Source: Azolla caroliniana
Lineage: Eukaryota; Plantae; Polypodiophyta
Assembly: GCA_043228905.1 (NCBI GenBank)
Contig: JBHGNT010000006.1
Span: forward strand, 5,208,001 to 5,272,000
DNA: 64,000 nt
Reading direction: 5' to 3'
Shown here: positions 55,964-64,000 of the stretch, in pieces
Layout: every line of letters begins with the position of its first letter
Numbering within the stretch: position 1 is the stretch's first letter
Notes under the pieces: generated by a model
The model's database searches: none
What the model was told of the DNA's origin: nothing
The model's input: the letters and a program-made list of their open reading frames with translations, nothing else
Translations under genes and position numbers: made by a program

Positions 55964-56989
55964 GGGAGCTGAGAAGAATCGGAGAGTTCAAAACGAAAAC
56001 AAAACAAAACAAATAAACCAGAAGAAGAATAAGATTTCCCGCGTTCGGGAAAACCTTCGTTTCTGTCTTCTTCGTGCTGGTCTTTCTTTTCTGCTGAACC
56101 TTTCTCTGTATCTCTCTCTCTCTCTCTCTCTCACAGCATGTAATTCCTTTAGAGTTTACTAGTGAAAACTCAACACACGGAAATAATAACAAAAGGAAAT
56201 GGGCACTCAAGAAAACACATACAACAAGGCACAAACCTTTGGACACTGCCCTCCAAACTTAGAGAACGTTTGCCTAACCAACTTTCCGTCCGAAGAAGAC
56301 CGTACCATTCACCCAGCCTTGCCCCGCCCATATGTCCCAATGTCCCGAAAAATGTGTCGCCCACTCTTAGGAGAATGAGAAGCATTGATCGTTCCATTGA
56401 TTACACCACATTGTTTTTGTCTGGAATTGTTCCCCCTTGTACACCCGAGTAAAACTGATGCACATCTTCCTTCGTGCATATGCTTTGTCGGGTGAGCATG
56501 TCCATCCATAATAAAAGTGCCATCCAGCCACGTGCCATCGACCCTTGCCGAATAAAATGTTAGATGTGTTACTCTCATCCTATATTAGTGCCTCCTTTAG
56601 ACACCAATTGCGAGATTTGTGATTGGACGTCGAATAAAAAGCAATGTCGTTCCAATTTATAAGATTAACGCATATTCTTCTACAAACCACGATGTTGGTG
56701 GAAAAATGTGTATGTGTGTATGGAGTTTTGGTCTTCAATTTAAGCCAAGGGTAGACCTACAAAAGATGCTTATTGAAAATGTTATATGTTGGTTGATTCT
56801 TCAAATGAGAACGATATCTTTAGTCTAATTTGTGTATGATGTGGTGAATGATTGTAGACAAGGAGACATCCCATTATAATTCCTTGTGCAATTTTAAGGG
56901 ATTTGTTTCAAGATGTAGCGAAAAAATTAGCGATGAAGGAAAAGGGGAATTCTCTGATCAAATGGACAAAACAAAGTATGATGATCACA

Positions 56990-57680
56990 TAGAATGTGTG
57001 ATAATTGTGCTCTAGATTAAAAATGGACGAGGTTTAGATGGTTGTGTTATGTGAGTCATGGGATGTTTTATGTATAGTTGAGCATAAAGATCATCACAAT
57101 ACCATACTAGTTGGTTGTTCTATGTACATTATGTTATGTTGGCAAGTGTTTGAGGGGATTATTCAAGGATCGTGACGTTTATTAGAAATAGTTTTTGGCG
57201 AAAATATATTGTTTTCAATGGAATTGGAAGATTTATGGTGGTTGAAATATGTTATGATCGGCAAGTTCTTAGGTTAGTTCGTGTGTATGCATCTAATGTT
57301 TCACAATAATGGAAGTTATTACGGAAGTCGTTAGTTTCGATGCTTGAGAATGGTGGACCATGTTTATTGATAGGAGATTTTAATGTTTGTTGTGAGGCAT
57401 GTCAATCAACATCTATTCATTTTGTTGTGTATGGACCATAGAGTCCCCGGTCAATAGCGGGGGAAGTTTTATGACCGGCAAGTTCTTAGGTTAGTTTGTG
57501 TGTATGCATCTAATGTTTCACAATAACATAAGTTTTTACGGAAATAATTAGTTTCGGTACCTAAGAATGGTGGACCACGTTTATTGATAGGAGATTTTAG
57601 TGTTTGTTACGAGGCATGTCAATCAACATCTATTCATTTTGGTGTGGATGGACCATACGGTCAATAGTGGGGGAACTTTG
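56990..57680 (+). mobile_element. Degenerate L1-type LINE endonuclease fragment with a ~217-bp internal duplication
   Basis: Remnants NGRGL, DVLCIVEHK, VYASN and LLIGDFN. The segment starting CGGCAAGTTCTTAGG recurs at 57259 and 57476. Confidence 0.72.
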
Positions 57681-57779
57681 AGACAAATGTTATATTAAGG
57701 GATATACGAACATGATAGGATAAGATGTTACTCCTGATTGTCTACATAATATTTTCTTTTGGACTTTCTCTATTTCAAT

Positions 57780-58170
57780 TCATGCATTAAGTGAGATAGT
57801 GCAACCCCACACCCCCATTCCACAAAGCAACACTTGAACTACCATAACATCGAATAACATCAACCTCACTTCCCATGATCGAGTATCACTTTGGTTACAT
57901 TGATTGATTCATGAACGTATAATAACTATTCCAACCCCTCAACGTCTAGACTCAAAGCATACATTCCACCTATTCGTGGATGAACATCAATACCAATATA
58001 TTTGAAGCTTTGCCCCATTTGTATTGGTTCTGCCTTGTATGTAAAGGTGGGGTAGTGTCTTGGTTGTATTAGCTTATATGCTACCATTTTGGTTTTCTCC
58101 ACATGAAAGTTAGCCCATTGATTTGGCACAATGTTTCTAATACATCAAGTAAGTGTTGCACATCATCCAA
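57780..58170 (-). mobile_element. RTE-X-like LINE fragment (post-RT region)
   Basis: VEKTKM...YPTFTYKAEPIQMGQSFKYIGID followed by VQVLLCG.GVWG. Confidence 0.7.
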
Positions 58171-58856
58171 TTTATATGAGAATAATCAATAACTTCAAAC
58201 ATATCGGAGATAGATACATAGATGGGTAGATTATATTATCGTCTTCAGATGTCAAATATTACCTATGAGACCAAAAATATTACATTTCACATAATACATG
58301 TGAAAGTGAGTAGTGATTCTCGATGTTCAAGAACTTTACCAACGAATGTTGCAATCGAGAGTCACACATTGTGGTTGTAAGAGAAATTCGTGCGAGGATT
58401 GGGTTTGGTCGAAGACGCGTGGAAGGCATTGTTGAATATGATCAAAGGCAAAGCATTGTATTAAAGCGTGATACCCGGTCTCTCAAACTTGTTTATGGCA
58501 AAGTATGCATAGTTGACCACTCTCATCACTTGTGCCCCCCTAATCTCTCGTCTCACATCACAATGCATGTGAGCTAAGTCGCATGGAAACAATTTGTTCA
58601 AATGGGCGACAACTGGATGGGCTCTAGGATGTATCAATTGTATAGTTCACCAGTTCAGCGAAGAATATGGTTTTTGGAGTTAGTTCCAACAGGTGTAGTA
58701 TATAATATGCGATTAGCAAGGTTTCCAAATTTGGAGATGGGCTTAACTAGATTTGGTGGAGCCCACTACTAAGCTACTACTGATTAGTCAGGAAAAGAAG
58801 AAAACGACGCACTTGCGTGTTTAGCACATACATAGTTTACATGTACACACATATGT

Positions 58857-59983
58857 ATGCCCCCCACCCCCCCTCTCCTTGCTTTGCTGCATTCAGAGGA
58901 AAGAAAGGAAATACATACGAGGCAATCAGAAGAGGATATGATGCCGAGCGAGATGTCGCCATCGCCATCGCCATCCATACCTCGAACCCCCATCGCCAAC
59001 AACAACAACAACAACAACAACAAGAGCAGGACTAGTGACAGTAGGAAGCCTCTCTTTCGCGTGGTTCCTGATGACTCCAAGCCTGTGCTTCGCGACCCGG
59101 TAATGACGTATTGTTTGGATTAATCTCTGTAATTTGTGACGTTTTTCTCGTAACCATGTATCGGATTCGGCTTTTATATGTGTATCTTATGTATGTGCTT
59201 TTCTTCTTGTGCTGTCCCATCTATGTATGGGCATTCATTTATGCGCTTTTAATGTTATTTTGCACTTATCTCTGCACGTACATTCTTGTATATCTACGTA
59301 TATTCATTTATGTCCTTGACCTATGTACAAGTATTCCTGTATATGTATATGTATCCATTTAGGTACCTTTTGATGGATGTGTGTGTATGCATTTATGTAC
59401 TTATCTGAGTATGTGTCTTCATTCACTCATGTACTTGTATTCATTTATATACTTATCTTCAGTATGTGTATCTACTTATGTATTTATCTTTGTTTGCGTA
59501 TGCATTTGATTTATTATCTACATATATGTGTTTACGTAAACTGTGTTTTTTGCAAGCCGCAAATCCTAGCTTCTTATGGGTTTCTGCACATGTATATATT
59601 CGTGTGCGCACTCATCAATATCTTTGTACCTATCTATGTAGGTACTTATCAATGTATATATATACTCATGTATGCTTCCTTACCTATGTGTGTATTTCAT
59701 GTATGCACTTACATATTGATGCATGCGTAGTCATGTATGTATGTACATCTATGTATATGTATTCGTGTGTAACAATTTGCATGAATTTTTTTTTCTGTTT
59801 TCTCTGATCAAATGTATTTTTTTTTCTGCTTTCTCTCCTCAAATGTATTCATATATGTACTACTTATCTGTGTGTGTGTGTGTGTCTGTGTTTGTGTTTC
59901 CTTTGTTTTGTTCGTAGCTTTTAACTTCTGATCCTATCCATACCGAGCAAATCCTCCTCGAGCCTCCTTCCCTCAATCGATAA
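58857..59983 (+). CDS. Small two-exon protein of unknown function (75-102 aa)
   Basis: Exon 1 from ATG 58857 or 58938 to 59099 (GTAATG donor). Exon 2 59918-59983 follows a pyrimidine-rich TTCGTAG acceptor. Spliced product ends ...RKPLFRVVPDDSKPVLRDP|LLTSDPIHTEQILLEPPSLNR*. GC-rich islands within AT-rich flanks. Confidence 0.75.
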
Positions 59984-60089
59984 GGTGAGTTTGAGTCTCC
60001 TCTTTGTATTCAACACATCCTGGTAATGTTTTGTCATTCTCTGCTTTTATGGTAACACACTAACTGTTTGAATTGAATTCTTTTTATTT

Positions 60090-60412
60090 TGTGAAAATGT
60101 AGCCACATTTTTAGTAGGTGAATAGCCAATGGAAAAAGTATTTGAATCCCAATTCTGTTAAAAATATGCAACCACATTTTTAATGTGGGAATAGCCAAAG
60201 AAACATTCTTGAACAAATTGTTTGAATAATTGGGCTCATTTGAAAATGTAGATTCATTTTTTCATCAGTGAGTAGCCAATGATCAAAGCTTTTGAATTCC
60301 AATTCTCTCGAAAATATGTAACCACATTTTTCGTCTGGTGTAGCCAACGAAACATTCTTAATCAATTGTTTCAAAATTTGGTTTCTTTTGAAAATGTAGC
60401 CACATTTTTTTG
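60090..60412. repeat. ~149-bp bipartite degenerate repeat with AAAATGT-N4-ACATTTT palindromes
   Basis: Palindrome variants at 60094, 60161, 60243, 60311 and 60391, mostly followed by TAGCCAA. Confidence 0.75.
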
Positions 60413-61232
60413 TCAATCAGCACCAAAGACGCGTGTTGCGAGAAGCATCTATGATCTAAAACCTTAATATTCTGTCTAAAGTTAATATCAGGCAGTCTGG
60501 GAACTGTCTCACTCATCTATACAAACGGAACTATTATGTTGTGCTCAAGATTCAATATTATGGCTTCATATCAAATATGTAATAATATAGCATTTGGCTG
60601 TACGAGTTGTGTAAATAATTTGCCTTCATATTCAGATATTTGAAATTGGTGGAATTGTGAGATTCATTGTGGTAAGTGCTATTATCAGATGCAAATCCCA
60701 CACATAAAAAGCATTATTTTAGACCCTCAACATTAATTTTAAGGGGGTTTTAAACTATTAATGTTTTCATATGATGTTAAGTTTGAGTAGAGATATATAA
60801 TAAATCTCTCCTTATGTTCCTTATTCTTGATATCTATGTTATTTATATGATAACTACATCACATGATTAATCAATTACAGAATGGCATCTTCTAGTTCGA
60901 GTAAAATATACGCAACCTTAATATTTATTTATAGTGAAAGATAAAAGAGAGATGGCCTTAATATTCCATAAGAGATACAGATGTGGAAGAAAGAAAGGAA
61001 GATATATTAATATATCTTTAGCCTTATCTCCGGGAACAAGTACAATTGTAAAACTTCCGAAGAGAGAGATCCTGAATAACTCTCCAGCATTTTGGTAGGG
61101 TATACACATAGAGAGTCATGCATAGTATCTTAAAGGAATGTGACATTAGATGGACATTTAACTTATGGCTTCCCAAGATATCCAACATTAACTGGTCCAA
61201 GATGACGAGGTTTCTAAAACAAAGCAAATTTG

Positions 61233-61990
61233 ATGCTGGGTGATAATGAATAACATTGAGTTTTTGACACCAAGGGTGATGAGGCCATGGTCCATGTGGA
61301 CATGATGTATATGCATGTCAAATACATATTTCTTTATCTAGGCCGAAATGGCAAGGTTTCTAAAGCAACTTTGATGCTAAGGAACAACCCCATTGTAAAA
61401 AGCTATAAAAGTCACCAAAAGGTGACTTTGGTAGCTCCACTTCTTTCTTGGGGTTTCTCCTTTCACATAGTCTTTTTTAGAGCTAACTTCATCTCCTCAA
61501 TCTTTCTCTTCGGTGTAAGAGCAATTAAGGTTAATTGGTAATTAGCCAAAGCCTAATCGCTCTTCCTCTTGTATGTGTACTGTATACTTTCTTTATAATA
61601 TAACTGGTGATAGTTTTTCTTCTATACTCCTCTTGTTTACATATGAATCTAACAGTGACAATCTATTAAGAGAGAGAGAGTTAACGCAGGAGAGAGCGAG
61701 TGTGAGAAGAATTAAGGTCAGGGTTGCGAGATTAGAGGCTCAAGAGTGATTGACAGCTACTCTTGCCCGGTTCACTATTAATTGGGTAAACAGAGGTCCG
61801 GATCCTTTGGCTAATGATATCGACATGGAGGTAGAACTCTGTTACTACATAGAAGTGTTCTAATGTCATGTACACAGAAACCACACATGCTGGTTGATAA
61901 TGAATAACCTTGAGTTTTTGACTCCAAGGATGATGAGATCAAGGTCCATGTGGACACGATGTATGTACATGTTTACATATTTCTTTATCG
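61233..61990. repeat. Dispersed ~105-bp direct duplication
   Basis: ATGCTGG.TGATAATGAATAAC.TTGAGTTTTTGAC.CCAAGG.TGATGAG...GGTCCATGTGGACA.GATGTAT at about 61233 and 61888. Confidence 0.75.
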
Positions 61991-62140
61991 AGTATAACCT
62001 TTTTTGAATGTTGTTTGTGGTTGAGAGACCCTACGTAAAATGAGAATGATAAATGGATGAAGTGATGGATTGTGAAGGTTCTTTGCTGATGTGGGTCTAT
62101 GACTACATTTGTCATTTTTCTCAACTCTTCTCAATGTCTC

Positions 62141-62482
62141 TTGATTTCCAAACAAGAACACTGTTGGTCTTTATTTCAACTTCATAGTGGATTCGACCAA
62201 AACCTTGTCATGTGAAGAAGACTTGAAATTTCCAAACAAGAACACTGTTGGTCTTTATTTCAACTTCATAGTGGATTCGACCAAAACCTTGTCATGTGAA
62301 GAAGACTTGAAATTTCCAAACAAGAACACTGTTGGTCTTTATTTCAACTTCATAATGGATTTGACCAAAACCTTGTCATGTGAAGAAGACTTGAAATTTC
62401 CAAACAAGAACACTGTTGGTCTTTATTTCAACTTCATAATGGATTTGACCAAAACCTTGTCATGTGAAGAAGACTTGAAATT
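62141..62482. repeat. 84-bp tandem repeat x4
   Basis: CCAAACAAGAACACTGTTGG... units at 62148, 62232, 62316 and 62400. Confidence 0.97.
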
Positions 62483-64000
62483 GTCAAACATCATTAATGT
62501 TGCTCTTTGCTCTTCACACTGGAAGAATTTGTGGATAGATCAGATAGAGAAATTCTTAAGTCGATTGACTACAGAAAGAAATGCTTTTAAATTTCTATTA
62601 ATTACATGCTTCAAATTTTTCTGGTAGAAAGAAGCGAGGATGAAGAAACCATTAATCAAATTCCAGAATTCCTTTTCCACCATGGGATTAGGAAAGTCAC
62701 TTTTTGACCAAGCATATGGAAGACTAGTTTTAAAGGGGGAAAAATACTTTTTGCATTCTGTAACATAGATATTTATGGTAAATTCTAGGAATCGCCAATG
62801 CTTTAGTTTGAGCCAAGTTGAACTGTGAATCTGTTGCTTGACAACTTAACTAGCTCAGTTCAAGTTTAAAATTTTGTAAATAATTCAGTTTGGCTTGCTC
62901 GTTTGGTTTGAGCCTTCATTGTCTTAACATTTTGTGTCTATCCGGCTTCAAATTATGGCTTAATGGCTTAATGGTTTGAGGAAACATCATTGAAATCTTT
63001 ATTAAACATGTAAAATAACTCTATAAATGATGTAATATGTATATGAAGTTTCAAATTCGAACCCTAACAATTCTTTTAAGTTTTGAAAAGATATCCTTCA
63101 GAATATCGAAAGTAATTGTAAAATTGCCAATAATTTGGCTTAACAGCTTAATGGTTTATAAATCTCTTGAACTGTTTGGGTGTAAACAGTTTTGGTTTAA
63201 ATGTTTCGTGGTTTAGTTTAGGTTTCAAATTGTGTAAGCACTTCGATATTGAGACTCCCAAACCAATCCGAAATGAGTCAAACCATTCTGGACTGGTAGT
63301 AATTTCTCTGACAACAGATCCAAAATTTAAACTAGCACTGCAATTGTTATTGTGTTTCAGTGCTTGGAATTGCTGATAATGATGTGTTTAGATTTCATTG
63401 TTTGAGAATCAAGTTGAATGTGTGTTAGATATCAATATTAATGTCTATGGGTCTTGAATGATGATTTTGATGTCTAGGGAAGAACTTTTAACATCAAATA
63501 AATATAAGGAGAATAAAAATGAAATCGATCATGATTTGAATGCTGGAGTGTGTAATATCGGTGCAATATGACAATAATCTGGTGATATATAAAAATGATT
63601 ATTCACGTTTTCAATTCAAATTTCAGGAAAAGGGAAGGAGAGCAAGAAAGAAAGAGGGAGTAACTGTTGATTCCTCATTATGGATGCTAAGTTCTTGCAA
63701 CAAGGCTTTGTTTCAAGAGTGATATAGGCTATTTTTTTAAATGGTACGATTTCTAAAAATGAAAAGGTGTAAACCTTAGAATATATATGATAAAGGGTAA
63801 GTTGCATAATAAGTCCTTGAAGATAGGATAGAGATGATAGTAGGTTATTTTCTTTAGTATTTTGCAAAATGGATGCTACGATGCAGCATTGGGAATTTTA
63901 ATTTTGAGATATTATGGTATTGTTATCCATCTTGAAACCACATTTCAGTTACAAAAGCATAATTTGAGTACGTTTGAATGTTGTATAGATTATATATCTT

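Noticed and set aside
59111-59917. Cys/Tyr/Met-rich ORFs (also at 8.3-8.7 kb and 18.0-18.5 kb)
   Set aside because: Translations of TATG/TG low-complexity intron sequence.

Overview
Eukaryotic land-plant nuclear DNA. The RTE-X-like LINEs and the protein sequences suggest a seed-free vascular plant such as a fern, but that is inference. Nine protein-coding genes were reconstructed by hand: the 3' part of a RAD6-like E2 (+), a DMR6/DLO-like 2-oxoglutarate dioxygenase (-), golgin CASP (-), hexameric polyubiquitin (+), an intronless SAM-domain protein (+), plastid ribosomal protein L12 (-), mitochondrial ribosomal protein L1 (+), histone acetyltransferase HAT1 (-) and a small two-exon gene of unknown function (+). 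Intergenic and intronic DNA holds RTE-X-like and L1-like LINE fragments, a pol-deleted chromodomain Gypsy element nested in a LINE (itself carrying a probable mini-MITE), a Mutator-like fold-back MITE, a non-autonomous hAT element with a BED-finger remnant, and many tandem repeats and microsatellites. I did not find a clearly new multi-gene system. The best leads are the small unknown protein, a palindromic 38-bp repeat array with microsatellite spacers upstream of rpl12, an altered acetyl-CoA-binding loop in HAT1, Thr28 ubiquitin variants, and the structure of the nested retroelement.
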